A stretch of 48,631 bases of DNA from an uncultured Desulfovibrionaceae bacterium. Its GTDB lineage: Bacteria; Desulfobacterota; Desulfovibrionia; Desulfovibrionales; Desulfovibrionaceae. A program made the position numbers and the translations under genes. The stretch spans positions 6,647-55,277 of the forward strand of contig CAYJFE010000002.1 in assembly GCA_964369165.1 (NCBI GenBank). The letters run 5' to 3'. This document shows positions 16,776 to 26,299 of this stretch, in pieces (the first letter of the stretch is position 1; each line of letters opens with the position of its first letter). Below the pieces are notes generated by a model. The model was not told the origin of the DNA, ran no database searches, and saw only the letters and a program-made list of their open reading frames with translations.

Positions 16776-16863
16776 GGAGGGTAAGAGGAGGGTAAGAGGA
16801 GGGTAAGATGAGGGTAAGAGGAGGGTAAGAGGAGGGTAAGAGGAGGGTAAGAGGAGGGTAAGA
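16776..16863. repeat. Perfect 8x tandem repeat of an 11-bp unit GGAGGGTAAGA (copy 4 has T for the first G), intergenic
   Basis: Direct read: ggagggtaaga x3, tgagggtaaga, ggagggtaaga x4. Located between the alkylation-repair gene stop (16888) and the cobQ start, beginning 7 nt upstream of the putative cobQ -35. Confidence 0.9.
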
Positions 16864-16887
16864 GAATTTTTTTACTAGCTAAATTTA

Positions 16888-17592
16888 CTAGATATTATTT
16901 TTTCTTCTCATGCTTTTTATAAGTTCTTTTGTAGGAGCTTCAACCCTTAGAGATTGCACTATCTTGCTTAAGGCTTTATTGTATGTGTCATCATCAAGTG
17001 TATTGTTTTTTAGATAATCCATTGTTTTTGCAGGGAATTTCACAAAACAGATAGATATACACCAAGCCACAGCCATTTTTACATAATAGTCTGTGTGCTT
17101 GATTTTGTCGCAAGCTACTAAAATTTCGTCTATATAATTTTCTTCGATAAAATGAAAAAGAAGCAGAACAATAGCAAAGCGAATATCATAGGCATTATTT
17201 GAGCTAGAGTATTTTTGCAAAAATTCCCACACTCTTTCTTTATGCTTCCTGACTATTTTTAATTCTGCGCAAAAGCTGTCACAAAGCGACCAATTTGTGA
17301 TTTTTGGAATATGAAGCTCTACCTCTTTGAGCACAACTTCTATATCTTCTTTTAGATTGCCTATAATAAAAGCTTTTACCATAGTTTCTTCAAAATATAC
17401 TTCTTTTGCTTTGTGTAAGTAGTCGAATGGCTGATCTTTAATAATGGATTTTGCGATATTTCTTAGAAGAGGAATGCGCACACCTAGAAGATTGTCACAG
17501 CCTGGAATAAGTGCGACAGAGAATTTTTGATATTTTTCTTCAGCAAGAGCGAGAAGCTCATTTCTTATTTCAATTTCTTTTGCGTATACCAT
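16888..17592 (-). CDS. DNA alkylation repair enzyme (AlkC/AlkD-like HEAT-repeat glycosylase family)
   Basis: 234 aa all-alpha protein. The pattern …IPGCDNLLGVRIPLLRNIAKSI… and the length match the DNA_alkylation (AlkD-like) family. The family call is from memory of the motif, not a search. Confidence 0.6.
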   Translation of the reverse strand: MVYAKEIEIRNELLALAEEKYQKFSVALIPGCDNLLGVRIPLLRNIAKSIIKDQPFDYLHKAKEVYFEETMVKAFIIGNLKEDIEVVLKEVELHIPKITNWSLCDSFCAELKIVRKHKERVWEFLQKYSSSNNAYDIRFAIVLLLFHFIEENYIDEILVACDKIKHTDYYVKMAVAWCISICFVKFPAKTMDYLKNNTLDDDTYNKALSKIVQSLRVEAPTKELIKSMRRKNNI

Positions 17593-17761
17593 ATATACTC
17601 CTTATTATTCTTCTTCTTTCAGAATATCTTATAAAAATCTCACATTCACAAAATTTTTACAAGCTGATTTTTTTCTCAGAATAAAGCCTATAATATGAAT
17701 AATAATTGTAAATAGATAGTTCTAATGTTTTTTTAAAAGATATTAATAAAGGAGATTGTTT

Positions 17762-19234
17762 ATGTCAGATACTATTAAAAATGAAAGTGTTGGGAAAGAA
17801 AAATCAACTATTTCTGTTTTTACCTTGGCAATGATAAACGTTGCCGCCATTGTGAGTTTACGTGGTTTGCCCTCTGAGGCAGTGTATGGCTTGTCGTCAG
17901 TGTTTTATTATTTATTTGCGGCCTGTTTTTTCTTGATTCCGGTTGCTTTTGTTTCAGCTGAAATGGCGACTTCATGGACGGAAAAAGGCGGCGTTTTCCG
18001 CTGGGTAGGTGAAGCTTTTGGCGGTGCGTGGGGTTTTGTGGCAATTTTTTTACAATGGATTCAAAACACTATTTGGTTTCCAACTGTTTTGACTTTTGCA
18101 GCTGTATCACTCGCATTTATTGGAACAGATGCGGCTTTCGATGCAAAGCTTGCTTCAAATTCGCATTATACATTAGGCGTTGTTTTAGGTGTGTATTGGC
18201 TTGCAACTATACTCAATCTAGGAGGGGCAAAGCTTTCTGGTTCAATCAGTAAATGGGGTGTCATTATTGGCACTCTTATCCCTGGAACATTATTGATAGT
18301 TTTGGGCATAGCCTATGCTTTGAGCGGAAAGCCTATCTATCTTGATATTTCTGCTTCAAAGCTAGTGCCAGACATTGCAAATTTCAATAATCTTTCGCTT
18401 GCAGTAAGTATCTTTCTGTTCTATGCTGGTATGGAAATGAGTTCTGTGCACGTCAAGGACGTGGCAAATCCTCAAAAAGATTATCCCAAAGCTATTTTAA
18501 TTTCCTCTGTCTTGACGGTTTTGCTCTTTATTTTTGGTACCTTGGCTATAGCAGTGATAATTCCACAAAAAGAGATAAATCTTACACAAAGTTTATTAAT
18601 TGCTTATGATAATCTTTTTAAAGCTTTTGGCATTGAATGGCTTGGTTCAGTTGTGGCAGCATTCTTAGCTTTTGGTGTTTTTGGGCAAGTTTCCACATGG
18701 ATTGCAGGGCCAAGCAAAGGTATTTTGACTGTAGGCAAAGCAGGATATCTTCCTGTGTGGCTTCAAAAAACAAATAAAGCAGGTGTGCAGATAAATATTC
18801 TTTTACTTCAAGGCTCTATAGTCACCTTACTTGCGATTATGTTTGTGCTTCTTCCATCTGTGCAAGCGGCGTATCAAATTCTTTCCGCGCTCACAATCAC
18901 GCTTTACCTTATTATGTATATGCTTATGTTTGCAGCCTTTATTAAATTACGTTTGAGTCAACCTAATAGAGCACGTTTTTTTCAAGTGCCTTTTGGTAGT
19001 TTTGGTATTTGGCTTTTCGGTGGCCTAGGTTTTTGCGCTTCTTTGACGGCATTTTTCTTTGGATTTTTCCCACCTTCTCAAATTTCTGTGGGTTCACCAA
19101 AACTTTGGGTAGGCCTTTTAGTTGTTGGCAATGTGGTGGGTATAGCTATTCCATTATGGATTTATAAAATGAGAAAGCCATCGTGGAAGGTTGATAGTGA
19201 AGGTTTTGCGCCTTTTTCTTCAGAAACAAATTAA
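17762..19234 (+). CDS. gadC: Glutamate:GABA antiporter (APC family amino-acid permease)
   Basis: 490 aa from the ATG at 17762, preceded by AAAGGAGA with 6-nt spacing. About 12 TM segments. N-terminal block …[21 protein letters not shown]… is typical of GadC. Immediately upstream of a glutamate decarboxylase gene. Confidence 0.8.
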   Translation: MSDTIKNESVGKEKSTISVFTLAMINVAAIVSLRGLPSEAVYGLSSVFYYLFAACFFLIPVAFVSAEMATSWTEKGGVFRWVGEAFGGAWGFVAIFLQWIQNTIWFPTVLTFAAVSLAFIGTDAAFDAKLASNSHYTLGVVLGVYWLATILNLGGAKLSGSISKWGVIIGTLIPGTLLIVLGIAYALSGKPIYLDISASKLVPDIANFNNLSLAVSIFLFYAGMEMSSVHVKDVANPQKDYPKAILISSVLTVLLFIFGTLAIAVIIPQKEINLTQSLLIAYDNLFKAFGIEWLGSVVAAFLAFGVFGQVSTWIAGPSKGILTVGKAGYLPVWLQKTNKAGVQINILLLQGSIVTLLAIMFVLLPSVQAAYQILSALTITLYLIMYMLMFAAFIKLRLSQPNRARFFQVPFGSFGIWLFGGLGFCASLTAFFFGFFPPSQISVGSPKLWVGLLVVGNVVGIAIPLWIYKMRKPSWKVDSEGFAPFSSETN

Positions 19235-19253
19235 ATATAAAAGGAAAATAGAT

Positions 19254-20603
19254 ATGACAAATGTTTACGATGATGTTTTTGCAAGTGTTGAACTTTCAAA
19301 TCCTCTGCCTAAAAAGGCTTTACCTTCAGAAGAATCTTCTTCTAGAGCCGTTTATCAAGCTTTGCATGACGAACTATTGCTTGACGGCAATGCTAGACAA
19401 AATTTGGCAACTTTCTGTCAAACTTGGCTAGAGCCTGAAATCCATACCCTTATGGACGAATGCATAGATAAAAATATGATAGACAAGGACGAATACCCAC
19501 AAACGGCTGAAATTGAGCAAAGATGCGTGCATATGTTGGCTGATTTATGGCATTCACCAAGCGCAAGCACAACTATAGGTTGTTCAACAACAGGCTCAAG
19601 TGAAGCGGCTATGCTTGGAGGATTAGCATTGAAATGGCGTTGGCGTGAAAAACAAAAAGCTTTAGGTAAAGATTATTCTAAGCCTAATCTTGTTACAGGC
19701 CCCGTGCAGATTTGTTGGCATAAATTCTGTCGTTATTGGGATATAGAACATCGCGAAATTCCTATGGATAAGGGCAGACTTATTATGACAGGTGATGAGG
19801 TTTTGAAATATATTGATGAAAACACTATTGGTGTAGTGCCAACACTTGGTGTTACCTACACAGGGCAGTACGAGCCTGTTGAAGAAGTTGCAAAAGTTTT
19901 AGATGAATACCAAGCAAAGACTGGCATCGATATTCCTATTCATGTCGACGGGGCTTCAGGCGGATTTTTAGCTCCTTTTGTGCACCCTGATTTACTATGG
20001 GATTTTCGCTTGCCACGCGTGAAATCAATAAATGCATCAGGGCATAAATACGGCTTATCTCCTTTAGGTGTGGGTTTTGTAGTGTGGCGTGAAGACGAAG
20101 ATTTGCACAAGGATTTACGTTTTGATGTCAACTATTTAGGTGGAAGTTTGCCCACGATTGCTCTCAATTTTTCTCGCCCTGCTGGCCAAGTCATTGCGCA
20201 ATACTATAATTTCTTGCGTCTTGGCAAAGAAGGCTATAAAAAAGTGCATATGGCGGCTTATAAAGTGGCGGCATATTTAGCAGAAGAAATAAATAAATTG
20301 AATGTCTTTGATATCCTTTACGATGGCAAAGACGGTATTCCAGCTCTATTGTTCACGCTCAAAGAAGAGGATTATAAGTTCAATCTTTATTCACTTTCTG
20401 AATTTATGCGTGCAAGAGGCTGGCTTGTACCTGCGTATTCTATGCCTAATAATTGCACAGATCTTGTTGTCATGCGCATTATGATAAAGCATGGCTTTAG
20501 TATGGATATGGCAAGCCTTATGGTGAAAGATTTAGAAAACGCACTTCTTCTGGTAAGGCATAGCTCAGAGCACTTTAAGGCTGCAAACCATTCAGGAAAG
20601 TAG
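19254..20603 (+). CDS. gadB: Glutamate decarboxylase (PLP-dependent)
   Basis: 449 aa from the ATG at 19254 (RBS AAAGGAAA). PLP-lysine block [22 protein letters not shown] and the overall group-II decarboxylase layout. Confidence 0.85.
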   Translation: MTNVYDDVFASVELSNPLPKKALPSEESSSRAVYQALHDELLLDGNARQNLATFCQTWLEPEIHTLMDECIDKNMIDKDEYPQTAEIEQRCVHMLADLWHSPSASTTIGCSTTGSSEAAMLGGLALKWRWREKQKALGKDYSKPNLVTGPVQICWHKFCRYWDIEHREIPMDKGRLIMTGDEVLKYIDENTIGVVPTLGVTYTGQYEPVEEVAKVLDEYQAKTGIDIPIHVDGASGGFLAPFVHPDLLWDFRLPRVKSINASGHKYGLSPLGVGFVVWREDEDLHKDLRFDVNYLGGSLPTIALNFSRPAGQVIAQYYNFLRLGKEGYKKVHMAAYKVAAYLAEEINKLNVFDILYDGKDGIPALLFTLKEEDYKFNLYSLSEFMRARGWLVPAYSMPNNCTDLVVMRIMIKHGFSMDMASLMVKDLENALLLVRHSSEHFKAANHSGK

Positions 20604-20643
20604 TTCATACAAAAAAGTAGTTTTTTGAGCCTAAGACTTGTAG

Positions 20644-20672
20644 TTGACATTTTATGAATAAGTCTATATACT
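20644..20672 (+). promoter_or_regulatory. Near-consensus sigma70 promoter TTGACA-17 nt-TATACT
   Basis: TTGACA at 20644-20649, then a 17-nt spacer, then TATACT at 20667-20672. It is followed by AAGGAG 6 nt before the ATG at 20701. Confidence 0.5.
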
Positions 20673-20700
20673 CACATGAATTTATCTTAAGGAGCTAAAA

Positions 20701-21039
20701 ATGAAAAAAATTCTTTCAATGTCAGTTGTGATGTTTGTATTCTCACTACTTTTGACTGTTCCTGCTATGGCGCGTAATCTTACTGTTGTTAACTCATGCG
20801 GTTTTGATATCTATGTGCTTGGCATTTCAGACACAAATAGCGATTCATACGAAGACATACTTGGCGATGGCATCTTGCCAAATGGCTATTCAATCACTGT
20901 TAACCTTCAAGGTGGCGACAGAGGTTGGGATTTAATCGCTGAAGATGAAGATGGTGGTTCAGTTTTCTTTGAAAACCTTGATTTTGGTGGCGTAAGCACT
21001 GTATATATCTACGGTGACGGCACAATTTCAGGCGAATAA
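20701..21039 (+). CDS. Small secreted acidic Gly/Asp-rich protein of unknown function
   Basis: 112 aa. Signal peptide MKKILSMSVVMFVFSLLLTVPAMA (cleavage probably after AMA). The mature ~88 aa is rich in D/G (GDG, DGG repeats). Strong promoter and RBS upstream and a terminator downstream. Confidence 0.6.
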   Translation: MKKILSMSVVMFVFSLLLTVPAMARNLTVVNSCGFDIYVLGISDTNSDSYEDILGDGILPNGYSITVNLQGGDRGWDLIAEDEDGGSVFFENLDFGGVSTVYIYGDGTISGE

Positions 21040-21062
21040 TCTTCATAATTGTTTGATGAAAG

Positions 21063-21092
21063 AACACAGTCCATTGGGCTGTGTTTTTTTGT
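21063..21092 (+). terminator. Rho-independent terminator
   Basis: Hairpin aacacagtcc-att-gggctgtgtt followed by a T7 run, 24 nt after the stop of the small secreted protein. Confidence 0.6.
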
Positions 21093-21121
21093 TTAAATTT
21101 CCCAAGCAAAAAATAATTGCC

Positions 21122-21150
21122 TTGAAAAAATAAAGGAAAAAGGCTATATT
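21122..21150 (+). promoter_or_regulatory. Putative sigma70 promoter TTGAAA-17-TATATT for the HAD hydrolase gene
   Basis: TTGAAA at 21122-21127, 17-nt spacer, TATATT at 21145-21150. AGGAG RBS precedes the ATG at 21208. Confidence 0.4.
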
Positions 21151-21207
21151 TTTTTATAAACTATTGCTAAGCATTTGCTTCTTGTGTTGATTTTAGGAGA
21201 ATAAGAA

Positions 21208-21864
21208 ATGATAAAGATGGTGGCCTTTGATTTGGACGGAACAATTTCGCACACAATACCCGTTGGATTGCAAGCCTTTACAGAGGCTATTGAACCCTAC
21301 ACCACGAAAGAAATTACTGAGGAAGATGTGGTAAAAACCTATGGTTTGAATGAACAAGGTATGATGCGAATATTGCTAGAAGATCATCACGATAAAGCCT
21401 ACGAAAGCTATTTAGAACTTTATAAAAAATACCATACAGACTTAGTGGAGCCTTATGAAGGTATAAGAGAAATTTTTGCTCTGCTTGCAAAAAAAGATGC
21501 AAAAGTAGCCCTTATCACAGGCAGAGGGCATGAAGCTTGTATGCATACTTTAGAGCAATTAAAAATAAAGGAAATATTTTGCGATATTGGCACAGGCCGT
21601 GAAGATAGGCACTGCAAGTGTGAAATTATCAATGCACTTTTAGGAAAATATAATTTAGAAAAAGAAGAATTTCTTTATATTGGCGATGCCGTTTCAGATG
21701 TGATAGAATGTAATAATGCTGGCGTGAAATGCCTTTCTGTTTGTTATGGACACAATTATTATTTGGAAGAAGTAAAAAAAGTCAATCCTGATAACATGAT
21801 ATACACAATTGAAGAATTATTCGACTATTTAGAAAAGCACACAATAAACAAGTTTTTAAGCTAA
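21208..21864 (+). CDS. HAD-superfamily hydrolase (phosphoglycolate-phosphatase-like subfamily)
   Basis: 218 aa. Motif I MVAFDLDGTI (nucleophile DxD). C-terminal motifs IGDAVSDV. Confidence 0.75.
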   Translation: MIKMVAFDLDGTISHTIPVGLQAFTEAIEPYTTKEITEEDVVKTYGLNEQGMMRILLEDHHDKAYESYLELYKKYHTDLVEPYEGIREIFALLAKKDAKVALITGRGHEACMHTLEQLKIKEIFCDIGTGREDRHCKCEIINALLGKYNLEKEEFLYIGDAVSDVIECNNAGVKCLSVCYGHNYYLEEVKKVNPDNMIYTIEELFDYLEKHTINKFLS

Positions 21865-22676
21865 CTTGTAAGAAAATTGTTAATAATTTCCTTAAAGCTT
21901 TCCTTTTCAATTCTTAGAAAATCTTCTGTATAGAGTTCGAGTAATTCTTCTTCATTAGGAAAGGGAAAAAAAGCGTGTGTTTTTAGATCCTGAGTGAGAT
22001 ATTCAATTTTCTCTTCTTGCATAATTTTTTCTACAAGATTGAAAAAAGCTTGTATACCCAGTTTATAGGCTTCAATTCTATTCCAAATAACGCCTTTTTT
22101 ATAATTGAGGGCAAAAGTTTCGCGTGCAAAAATGTCACCTTGGTCAACCGATATATTTATTTTATGCACAGTGCAGCCTGAATAATCCCAATCATTATGC
22201 ATGGCCCAAAAAGTTGAGTCAGGGCCAGCACATTCAGGTAAAAGGCCCGAGTGCATATTGTAGGCACCAAGCTTAGGCAATGCTATCATTGCTTCTTTTA
22301 AAATATACTCAAAGCGGCAACAAAAAATAATGTCGGGGGCAACTTTTTGAGAATATTCAAGTATAAATTGCTGAGGTTTTTCTCTAGGAATTTCGAGAAT
22401 TTCAATGCCATACTTTTTTTCTAAAGCTTTAAAGCTCAGATATTTTTCCTCGTTTTTGGGATCTTTTCTTGCGTCTAATTGCACAAAAAATTCATCTCTA
22501 ACATAATCTTTTTCTAAATAGAACTTTTCCCTTGCTATAGGATTTGCCCTTTCACCAGGAAACTCATATATAGAGCTCATGACAAAGATTTCATGATTCT
22601 CAGCTAAGCCCTTTAAGAGAAGATTAAGATTTATGCAAGAGCAGATATCTGATGAGGTTAATAAAAGTATACGCAT
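21861..22676 (-). CDS. Formyltransferase-fold protein (PurN/Fmt N-terminal domain family), stand-alone
   Basis: 271 aa. Catalytic-site blocks YNMHSGLLPECAG (N..H, SLLP) and CTVHKINISVDQGDIFA (the vDxGxI block). Its stop codon overlaps the HAD gene stop on the opposite strand. Its start is 4 nt after the MFS-fusion gene stop. Confidence 0.7.
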   Translation of the reverse strand: MRILLLTSSDICSCINLNLLLKGLAENHEIFVMSSIYEFPGERANPIAREKFYLEKDYVRDEFFVQLDARKDPKNEEKYLSFKALEKKYGIEILEIPREKPQQFILEYSQKVAPDIIFCCRFEYILKEAMIALPKLGAYNMHSGLLPECAGPDSTFWAMHNDWDYSGCTVHKINISVDQGDIFARETFALNYKKGVIWNRIEAYKLGIQAFFNLVEKIMQEEKIEYLTQDLKTHAFFPFPNEEELLELYTEDFLRIEKESFKEIINNFLTS

Positions 22677-22680
22677 AGCT

Positions 22681-25197
22681 TTAGTTTAAGCTTTGAGAAT
22701 TTTGCTGATTTATGCTTTTAGCCGCACTAAGACTTTGCAGAAGAATAAAAAGAATTGCTAAGCCCATAATCGCAGCACCAAGTATGTAGAATTGTGCTGA
22801 ATCGCGCACAAGAAGTAAGCTAAAGAGCATAGGGCCAACAATTTGCCCACTGCGTTCACAAGTTCTGCATACGGAGCTTATGATAGATTTATCAACTGTC
22901 TGCATTTTGGGTAAGGCAAGAATATACTCAAGCATAGATGAAGAAAGCAGACATTGCGAAATACCAAAAACTACTACAGCAACAGCAAAGGACGTATAGG
23001 AGGGGTGTAAGTAAGAGATGAGCAAACTTGCGCCATTTGTTAGCCCTGTGAGCATAACAAAGTATTTTTGCGATTTAAATTTACTTGCAAAAGTTGCCAA
23101 GAAGGGGCCGATAAAGATAAAACAGAAGCCATAAAGCATGAATAAACGGCCAATATCCGCTTGACTAATGCCAAGTGCGCTCACGCTTGTAGGAACAGCA
23201 AGATACAAAAAGCCAGTGAGAAGCATTCCAGCAGGGAAGCTAACAAAGAGCACAGGCACAAGGAATGAAAGAGAGAAGAAGGCTTTAAAATTGCTTTGCG
23301 CTTTTTCTTGTATTGTGCTGATGATGCAAAGAGCATCTCTTCTGAGGAAGGAAACAAGGAAGAAAGGTATGAACATCATAATAGCCGTGATAGCGAATAA
23401 GATGTTGAAACTGAATAAGTCATACAACATACCACCACTTGCCGAACCGCAAACAGAACCGGCAAATAATGCGGCAAATACCCCGGATAAGCCACGAAGG
23501 CGCGCATTTTTGTCGTCTTGTGAGCTTTCAATTACGCTGATTTGGCATGCCATTAAAAACATTCCCATACCAAAACCAGAGAAGGCTCTTGCAGCAATAA
23601 AGAGGGCAATATCATAACCTATATAGCTTAAAGTTGCGCCTATCATAGCAGATAAAATGCCAAGATAGAGCAAGTTTTTCCAGCCAAAGCGTTTATTTAA
23701 TACACCTGAAACAACAACTGCAAGTGTTGCTAAAGTTGCTTCTGCTGAAATTGGCAGAGCTTTTAGGACTGATGGCGCAAAAGGTAAGATATTTGAAGGC
23801 AATTGTGCCGTGACTAAAGGCACAAAGGAGATTGCTAAATCATAGGCTGAGAAGAATATAAAGAGTGCAGCTTCAAGGAAGGTTCTTTGCCTTTCATTTT
23901 GTGCTATCTGACTTTCTGAAAGAATATTCAATTCGGCAGTATCAGGGGCGTTTTCTTCTTTCCTTGCTTTTGTGCTGAAAATATTAACAATAGCAAAGGC
24001 TGTCAATCGCCAAAGCAAGATAAATGCAACTATGCTTGAAGTAGCTTGATCTAAGAACATACGCTTAAATGTGGCTTCTAAATAGCCTCTACTTTGGAAA
24101 ATTTCAATGCGCGCTACTTCTGTGCGCGGCACATAAGGGCTTGTCCAATAATCATAGACAGGCACAGTCACAGGATCTGGGCCAAATTCTAAACCGACGG
24201 AAGTGAGAAGCGTATTTTCTGTTTCACCTTCCTCAGAATGGACGCGCACTAATTGCATAGCACCCATACTTGGGCTAGATTCAAGAATTTCTTGCATATG
24301 ATCCGATAAACCAGGGAAATTTTGCACGTGAAGGTTTTTATTTTGCAGAAGTTCTAAATCACTTGCTAGGAAAGAACCTGAAAGCTCAGAGGAAAAATCT
24401 GATGCTAAATCAAGGCTTTTTACAAAGTTTTGCACAGTGAGGATAGCAAATATAATTTGCGCTGTGGCAATAAATCCCAGCACAATACTCGTCACGCGGG
24501 ATTGCATTTTAGGCGAATTTTTTAAAGCTGATTCAGTGTAGGCAAACCAACCTAAAAGACCGACTGAAGTGAAAAAACCAAGGAAGAGAATGAAGAAAAG
24601 CATTTCGTCAAGGTATTGATTATACAATAATTGAATAATATCTTTATCTACAGACAAAACCAAATAGCCTTGAGTCTTTTTAGCATCTTCACTTTGCAGA
24701 GGCAGTATACGGTGGTAGTTGTCAAAGGCATACCATTGTGTGCTACCTTCAATTTTACCATTAGATGCGAGATCTTGAGGTGAATTTTCTTTTGCTTGCT
24801 CGCCGTTGAGGCTCATTACAATTTCTTCAAGAGCGTCACTTTCAATAGTACTATTTTCTGCAAGTGCGTAAATGCTAATATTAGAAATGCCAGGGGCAGT
24901 TGCTTGAACACGCCTTAAATGGTCTTCTAAACCTGCAAAACCAGCAAGAGGTCGGCCAAAAGTAAGCCCTCTATTGATGGTTGTTTGCAATTGCACAGCA
25001 GTATTTTCAAATGCGCCAAGAATAGCTTCAACCGTGTATTTCTGCAGAGTTGTTGAGGAAAGTAGAAGACTAAAGCCCACGCTTACCAAGAACAAAAGCA
25101 CTGAAACAAGTGTAAGCAAAAGGATTTGCTTGATTTGCAGACTTTTTTCTTTGATAGCTACAAGGCTATTCCATACGAGGGCGTGAGGTTTTTTCAT
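22681..25197 (-). CDS. MFS transporter fused to a ~430-aa N-terminal extension (TM - ~150-aa periplasmic domain - TM - soluble segment)
   Basis: The C-terminal ~420 aa has 12 predicted TM helices with MFS-like loops. The N-terminal part has a TM anchor, a hydrophilic ~150-aa domain, then more TMs and a ~130-aa hydrophilic segment. The ATG at 25197 (MKKPHALV…) is preferred over the TTG at 25239. Confidence 0.65.
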   Translation of the reverse strand: MKKPHALVWNSLVAIKEKSLQIKQILLLTLVSVLLFLVSVGFSLLLSSTTLQKYTVEAILGAFENTAVQLQTTINRGLTFGRPLAGFAGLEDHLRRVQATAPGISNISIYALAENSTIESDALEEIVMSLNGEQAKENSPQDLASNGKIEGSTQWYAFDNYHRILPLQSEDAKKTQGYLVLSVDKDIIQLLYNQYLDEMLFFILFLGFFTSVGLLGWFAYTESALKNSPKMQSRVTSIVLGFIATAQIIFAILTVQNFVKSLDLASDFSSELSGSFLASDLELLQNKNLHVQNFPGLSDHMQEILESSPSMGAMQLVRVHSEEGETENTLLTSVGLEFGPDPVTVPVYDYWTSPYVPRTEVARIEIFQSRGYLEATFKRMFLDQATSSIVAFILLWRLTAFAIVNIFSTKARKEENAPDTAELNILSESQIAQNERQRTFLEAALFIFFSAYDLAISFVPLVTAQLPSNILPFAPSVLKALPISAEATLATLAVVVSGVLNKRFGWKNLLYLGILSAMIGATLSYIGYDIALFIAARAFSGFGMGMFLMACQISVIESSQDDKNARLRGLSGVFAALFAGSVCGSASGGMLYDLFSFNILFAITAIMMFIPFFLVSFLRRDALCIISTIQEKAQSNFKAFFSLSFLVPVLFVSFPAGMLLTGFLYLAVPTSVSALGISQADIGRLFMLYGFCFIFIGPFLATFASKFKSQKYFVMLTGLTNGASLLISYLHPSYTSFAVAVVVFGISQCLLSSSMLEYILALPKMQTVDKSIISSVCRTCERSGQIVGPMLFSLLLVRDSAQFYILGAAIMGLAILFILLQSLSAAKSINQQNSQSLN

Positions 25198-26299
25198 AGA
25201 TTTGATCCGCCGAAAGTAGAAGGTTGAAAGGGAAGACAAGACCTAATTTTTCTGCCACTTCTAAATTGAGTGCTATTTGCGGCTCTGCAGTCACTATCAT
25301 GCGAATATCACCAGGCATTTTCCCCATAAAAATATCTTCAACTGCGTTTGCTAGACGTTGCGCAGAGGGGGTGAAGTCCCAAGTGGCAAAGCCCATAAGT
25401 GCGCCACCCTGCACAAAAAGAGAACCATCACGAGCAAAAGTAGGCATTTGATAATCGTGGGCAAGCTCTAAGAGAGGGCTTGGATCTACGCTTGTCCAAT
25501 CAAAGCAGACAAGTGGTGAAATAAAGAAAGCTTCTGCGCCTAATTCACGCAATTTGTCAATGCCTTCTTTACAGGTTTCTGTTCTTTCATCAGGGATAAT
25601 TGCTTCAACTATTTCAAAGTTTTTTTCCTCTGCAACAGCATAAGCGTCGTCTACGGAAGCATAAATCCTGCCCATTTCAGAGGAAGGATACATAATACCA
25701 AGTTTCTTGAAGTTGATAAGATCAAAGAAAACTCGATACATACTGCGCCATCTGCCAGGATATACTTCTGTGGTGAAATTTGGGTGGATAGAAATGCCTT
25801 CTTCGGTGATGAGGCCAGAGGCTACAGGGTCAGCTAAGGCTATTCCTATAATTGGTTTTTGTGGCAAATCTTTTTCATTTTCCATGAGTTCTAGCAAGGT
25901 ATCTACAGCTGAAGTACCCGCTGCAATAATAATATCGGCATCGCTCTTTAATAAAATTCTGCCAGCTTCAAGCGTGTCTTCCTTGCTCGATTCCCAACCA
26001 GGGCTTAAATGTAATTCACTTGGATAATTATATGTGTATACGGGATTTTTTGAAAGTTCGTCTTTTTTTGCTTTTTCACCTGCTAGGCTTTTTTCTATAA
26101 GGGCTTCTTGCAAGGTGCTATAGCTTTTATCGTAAAGCCAAAAAGGGCCTTTTTCAAAATAGGCTATATTTTTTGACTCTTCATTAGCTAAGGCATTTGG
26201 GCAAAAGATAAGAATGAATGATAAAAGGAATAAAGGAGCAAGAAAAGAAAGTCTAGTGGGTAATTTTAGGTAGTGTATTATCATATATACTGTCCACAT
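25166..26299 (-). CDS. PF04392-type ABC-transporter substrate-binding-like periplasmic protein, paralog 1
   Basis: 372-377 aa. The start is uncertain: ATG at 26299 or at 26284, the latter giving a cleaner signal peptide MIIHYLKLPTRLSFLAPLFLLSFILIFC. Periplasmic-binding-fold blocks DIIIAAGTSAVDTLLE. C-terminus GGALMGFATWDF….IALNLEVAEKLGLVFPFNLL matches the family C-terminal signature. Paralogous to the upstream gene (IAYFEKGPFW vs IAYFEGGPYW). Confidence 0.65.
   Translation of the reverse strand: MWTVYMIIHYLKLPTRLSFLAPLFLLSFILIFCPNALANEESKNIAYFEKGPFWLYDKSYSTLQEALIEKSLAGEKAKKDELSKNPVYTYNYPSELHLSPGWESSKEDTLEAGRILLKSDADIIIAAGTSAVDTLLELMENEKDLPQKPIIGIALADPVASGLITEEGISIHPNFTTEVYPGRWRSMYRVFFDLINFKKLGIMYPSSEMGRIYASVDDAYAVAEEKNFEIVEAIIPDERTETCKEGIDKLRELGAEAFFISPLVCFDWTSVDPSPLLELAHDYQMPTFARDGSLFVQGGALMGFATWDFTPSAQRLANAVEDIFMGKMPGDIRMIVTAEPQIALNLEVAEKLGLVFPFNLLLSADQIYEKTSRPRME

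Noticed and set aside
16776-16863. Tandem repeat considered as a CRISPR array
   Set aside because: The units are 11 bp and directly abutting, with no unique spacers, and no cas genes are in the window. It is a simple tandem repeat.
23168-23617. 149-aa plus-strand ORF inside the MFS-fusion gene
   Set aside because: It is antisense to a membrane-protein gene with clear TM periodicity, and no RBS or promoter is evident.
25198-25239. Longer MFS-fusion start at 25239
   Set aside because: The codon at 25237-25239 is TTG, and the extension overlaps the upstream gene by 74 nt. The ATG at 25197 (MKKPHALV…) is a more conventional start, though neither has a clear SD sequence.
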